Assembly (NCBI GenBank): GCA_036229005.1
Contig: JAZAMN010000052.1
Location: 352,001-416,000, forward strand
Direction of reading: 5' to 3'
Source of the DNA: Myxococcota bacterium
Lineage (GTDB): Bacteria > Myxococcota_A > UBA796 > CAJQPC01
Length of the DNA: 64,000 nt
In this document: positions 46,574 to 57,559 of the stretch, piece by piece
How the letters are laid out: each line of letters opens with the position of its first letter
Position numbering within the stretch: the first letter of the stretch is position 1
Position numbers and translations under genes: made by a program
Notes under the pieces: model-generated
What the model saw: only the letters and a program-made list of their open reading frames with translations
The model's database searches: none
What the model was told of the DNA's origin: nothing

Positions 46574-49138
46574 TCAGAACGCGGAGCCGATGCCGAAGTC
46601 GAACACCATGCGGCGCTCGTCCTCGTAGGGATCGATGGGGAAGCCCCACTCGAATCGCAGCGGGCCCATCGGCGAGAACCAGCGGATCCCGGCGCCGTAG
46701 CTGTAGCGCATGTCGTTGAGGTTGACGTGGCCGTTGCCGTAGGGGTCGCCGAAGGCGTTTCCGGCGTCGAAGAACACCACGCCGGAGATACCGGCGGAGG
46801 GCAGGATCTGGGCCTCGATCTCGAACTTGTTCACCCAGGTCTCGGTGCCGCCCACGATGAGGCGGTCATCCGCGCCGATGGGGTCCTCGCTGCCGGAGCC
46901 CAGCCCCTGGCTGCCCGGTCCGGGGACGCGGATGCTGGGGCCCAGGCTGTACCAGTTGTAGCCGCGCACGCTGTCCAGGCCGCCGGCCCGGTACCGGTGG
47001 ATGAAGGGCACCATGCTGCCGTCGGTGGAGGCGATCTGGCCGAAGGTGCTGTTGAAGCGGAACACGAACTTGCCGCTGAGCTTCTCGCTGCCGCTGAGCA
47101 TGGGCTGGTAGACGCGGAGGTTCAGGCGGCTCTCGACCATGTTGAAGTCACCGCCGAGCAGGTTGAGCACCTGATCATCGCTGACGCGGAACCCGCCCGA
47201 GAGAGAGGACTGGGCCTGGAAGAACCAGCCCTGCGTGGCGTAGACGCGGTTGTTGCGCTTGTCGACGGTGAAGTTCAGGCCCATGGTCGAGGTCAGGCCG
47301 TTGCGGTAGAGCTCGCCGCCGAAGAGCTTGGCCTGGTAGGGCGTGATGGACGCGAGGCCCACATCCTCCAGGCTGTAGTTCAGGGTGAGCCGGACATCGT
47401 CGCGCCGGTCCAGGTAGCGCCCCACAGCGAGCCCGCCGCCGCGCTGGTACTGCGACTGGGTGTACTCCTGGGTTAGGCTGTAGGCGTCCACCCGGACGGT
47501 CCAGCGCGTGTCCATGAAGTAGGGGTCGAAGAAGCTCAGGTTTCCCTGGCGGCGCAGCGAGGACCAGTTGATGCTGGCCTGCATCAGGTAGCCCAGGCCC
47601 AGGAAGTTGTTCTTGGACACCGAGCCGGTGAGGACGAAGTTCTCCAGGTTGGAGAAGCCAAGCCCCACAGAGAAGCTCCCCGTGGGCTGCTCGACGACGG
47701 TGACGTCCAGGTCCAGGGTGCCGGGGTCCTCGCCGCGGGGGGTGTTGATGCGGACCTCTTCGAAGAAGCCCAGGCGCTGCAGACGCAGCTTGGCCTCCCG
47801 GATGGAGGAGCCCGAGTAGATGTCGCCCTCGTTGAGGGGGATCTCGCGCCGGACGACCTTGTCCCAGGTGGGGTCGTTGCCCTTGATGTTGATGCGGTCG
47901 ATGGCCAGCTTCTCGCCCTTGACCACGATGAAGGTGACATCGACCACCCCGGTCTCGGGGTCGGTCATGGTCTGGGGGTAGACCTGCGCGAAGGCGTAGC
48001 CCTGGTCTCCGTAGAGGTCGGAGATGCGCTGCATGGTGGTCTGCAGCGTGGTGAGCTTGAAGGTGTCGCCCGTCTCCAGCGCGATGGGTTTGGGGCCTTC
48101 GGGGTTGAGCAGGGCGCGCACGCCGCTGAGCTTCTTGGGCTCGGAGGAGTCCTGGACCTCGGAGACGGTCTCGCCCTTGACCAGCCGCTGGGCGGCCTCG
48201 GCGGTCAGGCCCTCTTCGGGGACAAAGTCACCCTCCACCCGCAGGTGGCCCAGCTTGTACTGGGGGCCCTCCTCCACGTGGAGGTTGACGTAGATGTAGC
48301 GCTTGTCCGGGGAAAGGTAGACCTTGGGGTCACCGACCTTCACGTCGACGTAGCCCTCCTCCAGGTAGACCTGCTGGAGGATCTGGACGTCCGTGTCCAG
48401 AGCGGCCCAGGAGAAGGTGCCGGAGGAGGTCAGGAAGGGGGCCATGCCGCCTTCCTTGGTCTGCAGGAAGCGCTTGATGTCCCGATCGGAGAGGCCGTCG
48501 TTGCCGGTGATGTCCAGGGACTGGACGATGACCTTGCGGTTCTCGACGATCTCGAAGGTCAGCTCGACCTGGTCTTCTGCTACCTCGCGCAGGACCGGGG
48601 TGACCTCGACCAGGAAGTAGCCCTTCTCCAGGTAGAGGTCCCGCACGCGCTGGGCGTTGGACTGGAGATCCGCGTCGTTGAGCACGCTGTAGGGGCTGAT
48701 GTCGATGACCTCGAGGATGTCCTCCTCGTCGATCTTCTTGTTGCCGGTCAGCGCGACGTCCCGGACGGCGGGGTTCTCCTTGACCAGGAAGGTGACCACC
48801 ACCCCGCCCTGGGCGTCGGCGGCGGAGACATCGACCTGGACGTCCTGGAAGAAGCCGGTGCGGTAGACGGCCTTGATGTCGCGGCGGATCTTCCAGTCAG
48901 CCAGGTTCTCACCGGGGCGGAGCTGGATGGCGGCCTTGACGGCGGCCTCCTCGATGCGGCGGTTGCCCTCGACCTGTACGGACACCACGGTCTGGAGCTG
49001 GGGAGCGGTGCGCTCGATCTCCACGGGCTCCAGGGTCCCCAGCTCGTCGGAGAGCTTGGGGGGGCCGCCGCCACCCAGGCGCGGTCCGCCCTGGGCTTGG
49101 GCCAGACCACTGAACAGGAGCATGAGCGCGGCGAACAT
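46574..49138 (-). CDS. bamA: Outer membrane protein assembly factor
   Basis: Five POTRA domains (VEGNRR, IKGN..TWDKVVRRE), VRGY, SPMGPLRF, C-terminal Phe. Confidence 0.97.
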   Translation of the reverse strand: MFAALMLLFSGLAQAQGGPRLGGGGPPKLSDELGTLEPVEIERTAPQLQTVVSVQVEGNRRIEEAAVKAAIQLRPGENLADWKIRRDIKAVYRTGFFQDVQVDVSAADAQGGVVVTFLVKENPAVRDVALTGNKKIDEEDILEVIDISPYSVLNDADLQSNAQRVRDLYLEKGYFLVEVTPVLREVAEDQVELTFEIVENRKVIVQSLDITGNDGLSDRDIKRFLQTKEGGMAPFLTSSGTFSWAALDTDVQILQQVYLEEGYVDVKVGDPKVYLSPDKRYIYVNLHVEEGPQYKLGHLRVEGDFVPEEGLTAEAAQRLVKGETVSEVQDSSEPKKLSGVRALLNPEGPKPIALETGDTFKLTTLQTTMQRISDLYGDQGYAFAQVYPQTMTDPETGVVDVTFIVVKGEKLAIDRINIKGNDPTWDKVVRREIPLNEGDIYSGSSIREAKLRLQRLGFFEEVRINTPRGEDPGTLDLDVTVVEQPTGSFSVGLGFSNLENFVLTGSVSKNNFLGLGYLMQASINWSSLRRQGNLSFFDPYFMDTRWTVRVDAYSLTQEYTQSQYQRGGGLAVGRYLDRRDDVRLTLNYSLEDVGLASITPYQAKLFGGELYRNGLTSTMGLNFTVDKRNNRVYATQGWFFQAQSSLSGGFRVSDDQVLNLLGGDFNMVESRLNLRVYQPMLSGSEKLSGKFVFRFNSTFGQIASTDGSMVPFIHRYRAGGLDSVRGYNWYSLGPSIRVPGPGSQGLGSGSEDPIGADDRLIVGGTETWVNKFEIEAQILPSAGISGVVFFDAGNAFGDPYGNGHVNLNDMRYSYGAGIRWFSPMGPLRFEWGFPIDPYEDERRMVFDFGIGSAF

Positions 49139-49840
49139 CTATGGGACCTCGACCAGGCGGCCTTCGGCCACTTGAAGACGGCGGGGGAAGCGCGCCGCCA
49201 GTTCGTGGGAGTGGGTAACCACTACCAGGGTGGAGCCGCTCTCCTGGTGGAGCTCAAGCAGCAGCCCGAAGATCTCGCTGGCGGTCTTCGGGTCCAGGTT
49301 TCCGGTGGGCTCGTCGGCCAACAGCAGCTTGGGCTGAGTCACCAGCGCACGGGCGATCGCGACGCGCTGCTGCTCGCCGCCAGAGAGCTGGCTGGGCTTG
49401 TGATCCAGCCGCGCAGAGAGCCCGACCCGATCAAGCTGGATGCGCGCCCGGCTTCGGGCTTTCTCCAGGTTCATGCCGCGGATGATCAGGGGCATGGCCA
49501 CGTTCATCACCGCGCTCTGGTCAGGCAGCAGGTGGTGGGACTGGAAGACGAAGCCCACGTGCTCGTTGCGCAGGCGGTCGATCTCGCGGGCGCTGCGCGT
49601 GAACACGGGCTGCCCGTCCAGGAAGATCTCGCCGCTGTTGGGGCGGTCCAGGGTCCCAAGGATCTGCAGGAAGGTGCTCTTGCCCGAGCCGCTGGGCCCG
49701 ACGATGGACACCCGGTCTCCCGCGGCCAGATCGATGTTCACGTCCTGGAGGACCTGGATCTCCTGCTCCCCCATCTGGAAGCGCCGGCTCAGACCGCGGA
49801 CGGACACGCCGCTCTCGGCGGGGGCAGACTCAGGCAGCAC
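49139..49840 (-). CDS. lolD: Lipoprotein-releasing ABC ATPase
   Basis: GPSGSGKST, GFVFQSHHLL, LSGGEQQRVAIARAL, DEPTGNLD. Confidence 0.92.
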   Translation of the reverse strand: MLPESAPAESGVSVRGLSRRFQMGEQEIQVLQDVNIDLAAGDRVSIVGPSGSGKSTFLQILGTLDRPNSGEIFLDGQPVFTRSAREIDRLRNEHVGFVFQSHHLLPDQSAVMNVAMPLIIRGMNLEKARSRARIQLDRVGLSARLDHKPSQLSGGEQQRVAIARALVTQPKLLLADEPTGNLDPKTASEIFGLLLELHQESGSTLVVVTHSHELAARFPRRLQVAEGRLVEVP

Positions 49841-51131
49841 GGAGACCCTCCACCGGCTCAAGCTTGGAGGCCCGGGAGGCCGGGTAGAGCGTGGCCAAGA
49901 AGCAGATGCCCAGCGCGGCGACGTTCACGACCGCGACGGTGGCCAGGGACAGCTCCACGGGCAGCGAGTCCAGGTAGTAGACGTCGGTGTCCAGGGGGAA
50001 GCCATAGGCGTCCAGGAGCAGGGAGCCGCCGACCCCCAGGATGGTGCCGACCACGCAGCCGAACAGCCCGATGATGACGCCCTCGGCCATGAACACCATG
50101 CGCACCTGGTTGGTGGAGGCGCCCATGGCCTTGAGGATGGCGATCTCGCGGCTCCGGGTGACCACCAGCACGATCATCATTCCCGCGATGTTCAGGCTGG
50201 CGACCGCCACGATGAGGCTGAGGATGAGCCCCATGACCACCTTCTCGAGCTTGAGGGCGTCGAAGAGGTTGCGGTTCAGGTTCTGCCAGTGGCGCGTGTA
50301 GAAGGGGTACGCGAGGGCGTCCTCGATGGCCAGGGCGATGGGGTCCACACCGTAGATGTCATCGACGGTGACCTCCAGCCCGGTGACCATCCCGTCCATC
50401 TTGAGGAAGTCCTGGGCGTCCTGGATGGTGATGTAGGTCCACTTGGTATCGTACTCGTACATGCCCGAGTAATAGATCCCGGCGACCCTGAACTTCCGGA
50501 CATCCGGCATGGGCATGCCCATGGGTCCGACGCCCCGCCCGATGGGGTTGATGATGTGGACCACGTCCCCCACGAACACCTTGAGGCTGTGGGCGAGCTC
50601 CTCGCCGACCAGGATGCCCGGCAGTTCCTCGCTTGCACCCTCAGTGCTGGCGAGTGGACCGGGGGGCGGGTTGTGGAGGTTGTCCAAGATCGCCTGGCGG
50701 GCCACCTCGTCCTCTGGAGTCCCCTCCGGACCGCTGACGATGTTGCTGCGCAGGTCCACGACGTCGCCAACCAGCGCGGGGTCGATGCCCTTGAGGATGA
50801 TGCCCTCGCCGTTGCCGTGCTCGGACTTGATCATCATCTCGGTGTAGATGAAGGGGGCCACGCCGGTGACGTGCTCGACTCCCCTCACCTTCTCGACGGC
50901 CTGCTCCCAGTCCTCGATGCCGGAGCTGTAGCGCAGGACCACGATGTGGGCGTTGGAGCCCAGGATCTTGTCGCGCAGGTCGGTCTCAAAGCCCGCCATG
51001 ACGCTCAGCACGATGGTCAGGGCCATCACACCGACGGTCACGCCCGCCATGGAGATCGCGGTCAGCGCGCTCACGACGCGCTCCGTGCGGCCCCTCAGGT
51101 GGGACAGAGCGATGAGGACGGCGAACTTCAC
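49830..51131 (-). CDS. lolE: Lipoprotein-releasing ABC permease (LolC/E family)
   Basis: VLSVMAGF, EIAILKAMGA, VYYLDSLP, LATLYPASRA. Confidence 0.92.
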   Translation of the reverse strand: MKFAVLIALSHLRGRTERVVSALTAISMAGVTVGVMALTIVLSVMAGFETDLRDKILGSNAHIVVLRYSSGIEDWEQAVEKVRGVEHVTGVAPFIYTEMMIKSEHGNGEGIILKGIDPALVGDVVDLRSNIVSGPEGTPEDEVARQAILDNLHNPPPGPLASTEGASEELPGILVGEELAHSLKVFVGDVVHIINPIGRGVGPMGMPMPDVRKFRVAGIYYSGMYEYDTKWTYITIQDAQDFLKMDGMVTGLEVTVDDIYGVDPIALAIEDALAYPFYTRHWQNLNRNLFDALKLEKVVMGLILSLIVAVASLNIAGMMIVLVVTRSREIAILKAMGASTNQVRMVFMAEGVIIGLFGCVVGTILGVGGSLLLDAYGFPLDTDVYYLDSLPVELSLATVAVVNVAALGICFLATLYPASRASKLEPVEGLRAA

Positions 51132-52663
51132 TCGGCGTCGCCCTCGCCGCCTTCCTGGCCCACCGCCTCACTGACGACCTGGTCCTCTGCGCGCCGGCGC
51201 AGAGCCGGGAAGAGGATGACCTCCCGGATCGAGGTCTGGCCGGTGAGCAGCATCACGAGGCGATCCACGCCGATGCCCTGGCCGGCCGTGGGGGGCATGC
51301 CGTAGGAGAGGGCGCGGATGTAGTCGGCGTCGAAGTACATGGCCTCGTCGTCACCGGAGCTCTTGGCCTCGGCCTGCTGGCTGAATCGGCCCGCCTGGTC
51401 GATGGGGTCGTTGAGCTCGGAGAAGCCGTTGCCGACCTCCTGACGGGCGATGAAGAGCTCGAAGCGGTCTACGACCTCGGGGCGCTCGTCATTTCGCCGG
51501 GACAGCGGAGAGATCTCCGTGGGGTAGTCGGTGACGAAGGTGGGGTTCACCAGCAGGGGCTCGACGTGCTCGTCGAAGTAGAGCTCGAACCACTTGCCGA
51601 CGGTCTCGGGGAGCTCCTTGTCGGCGTCGCCGGGGTGCAGCTCGAGCCAGCGGCTGCGGAGCACGTCCAGGTCCCAGGGGTCGGAGACGCCGGCGTGCTC
51701 GGTGATCAGGGACTCCATGCTGGCCCGCTTCCAGGGGCGGCTGTAGTCGATCACGTCGTCGCCGTAGGGGATCTGCAGGCCGCCGGAGACCTCTTGGGCC
51801 AAGCCGGAGATCAGCTCCTCGCTGTGGTCCATCAGGTCGTGGAAGGTGGCGTGGGCCTGGTAGAACTCCAGCATGGTGAACTCAGGGTTGTGCTTGAGGC
51901 TCACCCCCTCGTTCCGGAAGTTCCGGTTGAGCTCGTACACCCGCTCGAAGCCGCCGACCACCAGGCGCTTGAGGTAGAGCTCGGGCGCGACCCGCATGTA
52001 CATGTCCATGCCCAGCGCGTTGTGGTGGGTCACGAAGGGCCGGGCGTTCGCGCCGCCAGGGATGGCCTGCAGCATGGGGGTCTCGACCTCCATGAAGCCC
52101 TGGTCATCGAAGTAGCGGCGAATCCCGCGCACGATCAGCGAGCGCTTGCGGAAGGTGTCCCGGGTGTCCTCGTTGATGAAGAGGTCCAGGTAGCGCATCC
52201 GCTGCCGCATCTCGGCGTCGGTGAACCCCTTGTGCTTGTCGGGCAGGGACTCGATGCACTTGCTGTAGAGCCGCAGCGCGGAGCACTTGAGGGAGAGCTC
52301 GCCCTTGCGGGTGCGCATCAGCTTGCCGGTGGCCCAGACCCAGTCGCCCAGGTCGAGCTTCTTCCAGACGTCAGCAAAGACCTGCTCACCCAGGTCGTTC
52401 TTGCGCACGAAGAGCTGGATGCGCCCGCTCTCGTCCTGGATCCGGCAGAAGCCGGCCTTGCCCATCTCGTTCTTGAAGCGCAGGCGGCCGGCGATGGAGA
52501 ACTCCTGCTCCAGCTCCTGGAGCTCAGCGTCCTCTTTGTCCCCACCGATCTCGATGAGCTGGGCGAGGCTGTGGGTCAGCTCCAGCCCGTTGGGGTAGGG
52601 CTCAACTCCACTCTCCCGCAGGGCGGCGAGCTTCTCGAGGCGGCGCGGATCGAACTCGTACAT
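51128..52663 (-). CDS. lysS: Lysine--tRNA ligase (class II)
   Basis: RYLDL, GGANARPF, ELYLKRL, FRNEG, HNPEFTMLE, YGMPPTAGQGIGVDRL. Confidence 0.98.
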   Translation of the reverse strand: MYEFDPRRLEKLAALRESGVEPYPNGLELTHSLAQLIEIGGDKEDAELQELEQEFSIAGRLRFKNEMGKAGFCRIQDESGRIQLFVRKNDLGEQVFADVWKKLDLGDWVWATGKLMRTRKGELSLKCSALRLYSKCIESLPDKHKGFTDAEMRQRMRYLDLFINEDTRDTFRKRSLIVRGIRRYFDDQGFMEVETPMLQAIPGGANARPFVTHHNALGMDMYMRVAPELYLKRLVVGGFERVYELNRNFRNEGVSLKHNPEFTMLEFYQAHATFHDLMDHSEELISGLAQEVSGGLQIPYGDDVIDYSRPWKRASMESLITEHAGVSDPWDLDVLRSRWLELHPGDADKELPETVGKWFELYFDEHVEPLLVNPTFVTDYPTEISPLSRRNDERPEVVDRFELFIARQEVGNGFSELNDPIDQAGRFSQQAEAKSSGDDEAMYFDADYIRALSYGMPPTAGQGIGVDRLVMLLTGQTSIREVILFPALRRRAEDQVVSEAVGQEGGEGDAE

Positions 52664-52725
52664 GACTTCCCTCTGGCGGGTCCCCGGCTATCCCGCCAGC
52701 GCGCATCTCGCCGCCCCGGAAGGGC

Positions 52726-53373
52726 TCAGGAGGGGAAGATCCCGGCCCCGAGGAGCTGGCTGCAGGTCTGGGCCTCGATGCTGCCGCTGACCGTGCCATC
52801 GGCGGGGATGCCCTCGATGATGGTCGGGTAGTTGCCGTCGAAGGCGGTCATGTCGGTGATGTCGATGACGTAGGGGTCATCCGCGGTGCCCGCGCCCGAG
52901 AAGGTGGCCTCGAACTCATCGCCGGAGCCCAGCCACTCATAGGCGTCGTCGCCGACCCAGAAGTAGTCGGTGTCCTCGCTGTCCTCGTCCCGCTTGGTCC
53001 ACTCGAAGCTGCCCTCGCCCAGGGCGCACTTGACCGACCAGGTGATGTCGAAGTTGGCCTCGCCGCCCTCCATGGTGAAGGTCGCGCCGTCGGCGTCGTA
53101 CTCCCAGACCACGGCGGAGATGTTGCAGGTCCCGCCCTCCCAGATGCCGGCGGGATCCACCTGCTTCTCGGTCAGGTACTCGGCGACCGAGGGGCAGTCC
53201 GCGTCGGGGGTGCTGGTCATGTAGAACAGGGCCTTGTTGTCCACATGGAAGCCAAAGGCCTTGTAGATCGCCACATCACCGCTGGCCTCGGCCGTGGTGA
53301 TGGTGCCGTTGATCTGAGGGGTCAGATCCTCTTCCGAGTTGCCGAAGCAGCCGAGCATCGCGAGCAGAATCAC
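52726..53373 (-). CDS. Acidic hypothetical lipoprotein
   Basis: GGAG RBS with GTG at 53373 (alternative ATG 53385); MLGC lipobox; four further Cys. Confidence 0.75.
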   Translation of the reverse strand: MILLAMLGCFGNSEEDLTPQINGTITTAEASGDVAIYKAFGFHVDNKALFYMTSTPDADCPSVAEYLTEKQVDPAGIWEGGTCNISAVVWEYDADGATFTMEGGEANFDITWSVKCALGEGSFEWTKRDEDSEDTDYFWVGDDAYEWLGSGDEFEATFSGAGTADDPYVIDITDMTAFDGNYPTIIEGIPADGTVSGSIEAQTCSQLLGAGIFPS

Positions 53374-53471
53374 GGGGTCTCCCATCCAGGGGGCCCAGGC
53401 TAACCCCGGGCTCCCCGGATTCAACAAGGGAGTTTTGCGAATTCGCTGTGCACAGACGCCCCCCGGGCCAA

Positions 53472-54609
53472 TCAGGCCAGGGGGTCCTGCTCCAGCCCCT
53501 CGTCGGCCTGCTGCGCCAGCCAGGCCTCGATGAACAGGTCCAGGTCGCCGTCCAGCACCTTGTCGGTGTTGGTGTTCTCGACGCCGGTGCGCTGATCCTT
53601 GACCATCCGGTAGGGCTGCAGCACGTAGTTCCGGATCTGGGAGCCCCACTCGATCTTCTTCTTCTGCGAGTTGGCCTCGTCGATCTCGGCCTGCCGCTTC
53701 TCCAGCTCGTACTGGTAGAGGCGGGAGCGCAGCATCTTCATGGCCGTGGCCTTGTTCTTGTGCTGGCTGCGCTCGTTCTGGCACGCGACCGTGATGCCCG
53801 TGGGGTTGTGCACGATGCGCACCGCGGAGTCCGTGGTGTTGACGTGCTGCCCACCCGCGCCGGAGGACCGGTAGGTGTCGATGCGGAGGTCCGCCGGGTT
53901 GATGTCCACCTCGATGCTGTCGTCGATGTCCGGGTAGGCGGCGACGGAAGCGAACGCGGTGTGCCGGCGGGCGGCGGCGTCGAAGGGAGAGATGCGGACC
54001 AGGCGGTGCACGCCGATCTCGGCCTTGAGGTAGCCGTAGGCGTAGGGGCCGTCGATCTCGATGGTGCAGGACTTGATGCCGGCCTCATCGTGGGGCTGCT
54101 CTTCGACCAGCTTGACCTTGTAGCCCTTGCGCTCGGCCCAGCGCAGGTACATGCGCTTGAGCATCTCGGCCCAGTCGGAGGCGTCCGTCCCGCCGGCGCC
54201 GGAGTTGATCTCCAGGATGGCGGAGTTGTCGTCGCCCTCGTTGGACAGCAGGCGCTGGACCTCCAGCTCCCGGGTGCCGCGCTCGACCTCCAGGATGGCC
54301 TCGGTGGCCATCTCCAGCATCTCAGCGGCCTCGCCGGCCTCGGACTCCGCGGCGAGCTCCAGGGAGGTGTCCACGTCCTCCAGCCCGCTGTCCAGGGCCT
54401 GCCAAGACTTGACGACGCGCTCCAGGGCGGCCTTCTTGCGGACCATGCCCTGCGCCCGGGTCTGGTCGGTCCAGAACTCCGGCGCGGAGGCCTGCCGCTC
54501 GTAGTCTTCGATCTCGCGCAGCTTGCCGTCTACGTCAAAGATGCCTCCGAAGCTGGCCCACCTTGTCTGTGGCGGCGTTCCAGCGCGTGCGGATCTCTTC
54601 GGCGTCCAT
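53472..54609 (-). CDS. prfB: Peptide chain release factor 2 (programmed +1 frameshift after codon 24)
   Basis: ATG at 54609, CGGAGGCAT-CTT-TGA-C slip site; SPF, GGQ and WGSQIRNY motifs in the +1 frame. Confidence 0.97.
54534..54549 (-). promoter_or_regulatory. prfB frameshift cassette (internal SD plus CTTTGAC)
   Basis: Minus strand reads CGGAGGCATCTTTGAC. Confidence 0.95.
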
Positions 54610-54659
54610 GGGGAACCTCCTGAGCGGCATGGGTATGCGCCGACAGGCGACCCGGCAAC

Positions 54660-55127
54660 TCAGTCGGCCTGCGCAGCCCCCTGAACCCGCTCGATGAGTC
54701 CCCTGCCCTCCCAACCCAGGCGCTCCATCAGGCGGGTCTCCGCGTCGACCATCTCGAGCATCTCCGCCTCATCGTTCTCGTGGTCGTAGCCCAGCAAGTG
54801 CAGCAGGCCGTGCACCAAGAGGATGCGCAGCTCGGCCTGCAGGCTGTGGTTCCGCTCTGTGGCCTGGCGGGCCGCGGTCTCCAGGGAGATCACCAGATCC
54901 CCCAACACCACCGGGTCGTCCTGGGGGAAGGACAGCACGTCGGTGGCCGCATCCTTGCCCCTCCAGGAGGCGTTGAGGGGGCGGATGAAGGCGTCATCGC
55001 AAGCCACCAGGCTCAACTCACAGTCATCCAGGCGGGCCGCCACCATCAGGGCCTCTGCGTCGCCGACGAGGTCAACAGGGAGCGTCGCGCTGCCCTCCTC
55101 TCGGGCCAGCACCGTGGGGCCGCTCAC
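54660..55127 (-). CDS. ybeY: rRNA maturation RNase
   Basis: [34 protein letters not shown]. Confidence 0.95.
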   Translation of the reverse strand: MSGPTVLAREEGSATLPVDLVGDAEALMVAARLDDCELSLVACDDAFIRPLNASWRGKDAATDVLSFPQDDPVVLGDLVISLETAARQATERNHSLQAELRILLVHGLLHLLGYDHENDEAEMLEMVDAETRLMERLGWEGRGLIERVQGAAQAD

Positions 55128-57559
55128 CGGTCACGCCCCAGCTCGGGCAGGTACTCAGGGCTCTCGTAGTCGGCCATCGCAGCGACCTCCTCGGGCAGCT
55201 CGGGCAGGCTGCCGGTGTCCTCGTCGTCGGGCAGATCCAGGTCACCGGTGTTGAGCTCCAGGGTGATCACGGGATCTGGAGACCCTTCCGGGGGCTGCGG
55301 GACTCGCTTCTCCCCCGCTGCTGGCGGATCCGGGTACTCGATGCGGTGGTGGTGGATCGCCAGCACGGTCTTCTTGAAGACCCCCGCGATGGTGTGGAGC
55401 TCCTTGACCGTCAGCGGGCACTCATCGAACTGGCCCTCCGCCATCACGGAGTTGATGATGCGCTGGATCATCTCGGCGACCCGCTCGGGGGTGGGCTCCT
55501 TGATGGAGCGGCAGGCGGCCTCGATCTTGTCGGCCAGCATGATGACGCCGGCCTCCCGGGTGTTGGGCTTGGGCCCGGGGTAGCGGAAGTCCGCGGGGTC
55601 GACGGCGCCCTCGGCGCTCATCTGGGCCTGGCGCAGGAAGTAGTGCACCGTGCCCGTTCCGTGGTGCATGTAGATGTTGTCGACGATGACGCGGGGCAGC
55701 TTGTGCTTGCGGGCGATGGCCCCGCCGTCCCGGACGTGGTCGATGATCACGCGGGCGCTCTGGTGAGGGGTCAGGCGCTCGTGGCGGTTGATGCCGTCCC
55801 GCTGGTTCTCGATGAAGTACTGGGGCCGCACCGCCTTGCCGATGTCGTGGAAATAGGAGGCGACGCGGGCCTGGAGGGCGTTGGCGCCGATAGCCTCCGC
55901 GGCGGCCTCGGCCAGGGTCCCGACCATGACGGAGTGGTGGTAGGAGCCGGGCGCGCGCAGCATCAGGTTGCGCAGCAGGGGGTGGTCCAGGTTGGCGAGC
56001 TCGAGCAGCTTGAGGTCGGTGTCGAAGCCAACCAGCTCGAAGAGCGGGACCAGCGCCAGGACGAGGAAGGAGCTGAGCACGCCCCCCGCGAACGCGAAGC
56101 CCACCGCCCAGATCGGGCTGCTCTGCTGCAGCCCCCCCTCCCCCAGGTTGGCCTCGATGAGCTGAATGACGAGGACAAAGGCGGCGTTCACCAGGCCGGT
56201 GATGAGGCCGGCGCGGAGGATTGCCTTGCGCTCCCGGCTCTTGCCGATGGCCCCGGCGGCGGTCACGGACGAGACCACGAAGAACACGCCGTAGAGCACC
56301 GACTGCTCCATCAGCAGCGCGGACAGGGAGCTGGCGATGATCGCGAAGACCAGCGAGGTCTCCGAGTTGATGAGGATGCGCACCAGCAGGGCGGCGCCCG
56401 CGAGCGGCAGCAGGTACCACATCGAGTGCGCCGGGATCTCGCCGGCGGAGGCCATGGTGTCGGACAGCGAGAGGACCGCCCGGGCCAAGAAGAGCGTCAG
56501 GACCAACAGCAGGCCGGTGGCCTCGATCTGGCGGTTCGCCGAGCTGAACTTCTTGATGTAGCTGCGCGAGAACCAGTAGATGCTGGACATCAGCAGCAGG
56601 CAGAAGGTGAACAGCGAGCCGGTGACGAGCAGGGGGTTGGAGCCGGCGTGCGCCTGCTGCATGGCCTGGAGCTGCTCGACGTGGTGGGGCGTGACCACGT
56701 CCCCCTGGCGGATGAGCGCGGTCCCCCGCTCCACCGAGACGACGACCTCGGGGACGGCGGCGGTGGCGGATCGGCGGCGCTCGGCGGTGATCTGCGGGGC
56801 CGAAGTCAGGTTGCCGTGGATGGCGGCCTGGGCCACGGCCTTCTCGGCGCGCAGGGAGAGGGGCGCGACCTCCTCCATGTGCTGGAGGGCGTAGATGTAG
56901 ACCTCTTTCCCGGCGTCCTCAGCGGTGAGGATGCCCTCGAAGGAGTCCAGGCGCCGCTCCTGCTTGCCGGTCTTGGACAGCACGTCCACCGGGGGGCTGG
57001 CGGGCAGCACGCTGCGGGAGCCCACCACGAACCCGCTCATGGCGTGGGCGATGAGCTCGTTGACCCGCTGCTCGGAGTCCTGGTGGAAGCCGGTCTCGGC
57101 GAAGATCCGGACCTCGCCTGTGTCCAGGTCCAGCCCGACCTGCCGGATGAAGGCCTCGGTCAGGGCGTCCACGCTCTCGGGAGAGAGGCCGTCCTGTCCG
57201 CTGGCGATTGCGGCGGCCTCGGTGGAGGCCCAGCGCTGGCGGCCGGCATCGAAGGCCGAAGAGACCCGGGACTGGAGCTCGGAGGCGGCCTGGGCGTCGT
57301 GCTTGTAGACCTGGGGGATAGCGGCGGCCGCCCCCTCTCGCCGGGCGGCGGTGGTGGTCTCGTCGACGTAGCGGAAGGGAAAGGGCGCGCGCACATCACG
57401 CGCAGCGACATCCCCCGCCTGCCAGTCCAGGTTGGGGACACGCATGAAGTCCGTGAGCGCCAGCGAGGCGGCCAAGGCCACGAAGACCAGGACGGCCAGC
57501 CTGCGGAGGTTGGACAGCCGCGCGGACCATCCAGCCTTGGGCTCGGCGGGCGATTTCAG
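55124..57559 (-). CDS. 7TM-HD phosphohydrolase (PgpH/YqfF-like)
   Basis: Extracellular 7TMR-HD domain, 7 TM helices, [35 protein letters not shown]. Start uncertain (CTG 57559 or GTG 57481). Confidence 0.9.
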   Translation of the reverse strand: MKSPAEPKAGWSARLSNLRRLAVLVFVALAASLALTDFMRVPNLDWQAGDVAARDVRAPFPFRYVDETTTAARREGAAAAIPQVYKHDAQAASELQSRVSSAFDAGRQRWASTEAAAIASGQDGLSPESVDALTEAFIRQVGLDLDTGEVRIFAETGFHQDSEQRVNELIAHAMSGFVVGSRSVLPASPPVDVLSKTGKQERRLDSFEGILTAEDAGKEVYIYALQHMEEVAPLSLRAEKAVAQAAIHGNLTSAPQITAERRRSATAAVPEVVVSVERGTALIRQGDVVTPHHVEQLQAMQQAHAGSNPLLVTGSLFTFCLLLMSSIYWFSRSYIKKFSSANRQIEATGLLLVLTLFLARAVLSLSDTMASAGEIPAHSMWYLLPLAGAALLVRILINSETSLVFAIIASSLSALLMEQSVLYGVFFVVSSVTAAGAIGKSRERKAILRAGLITGLVNAAFVLVIQLIEANLGEGGLQQSSPIWAVGFAFAGGVLSSFLVLALVPLFELVGFDTDLKLLELANLDHPLLRNLMLRAPGSYHHSVMVGTLAEAAAEAIGANALQARVASYFHDIGKAVRPQYFIENQRDGINRHERLTPHQSARVIIDHVRDGGAIARKHKLPRVIVDNIYMHHGTGTVHYFLRQAQMSAEGAVDPADFRYPGPKPNTREAGVIMLADKIEAACRSIKEPTPERVAEMIQRIINSVMAEGQFDECPLTVKELHTIAGVFKKTVLAIHHHRIEYPDPPAAGEKRVPQPPEGSPDPVITLELNTGDLDLPDDEDTGSLPELPEEVAAMADYESPEYLPELGRDR

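Noticed and set aside
53472..54609. prfB pseudogene
   Set aside because: The in-frame TGA is the canonical programmed frameshift site.
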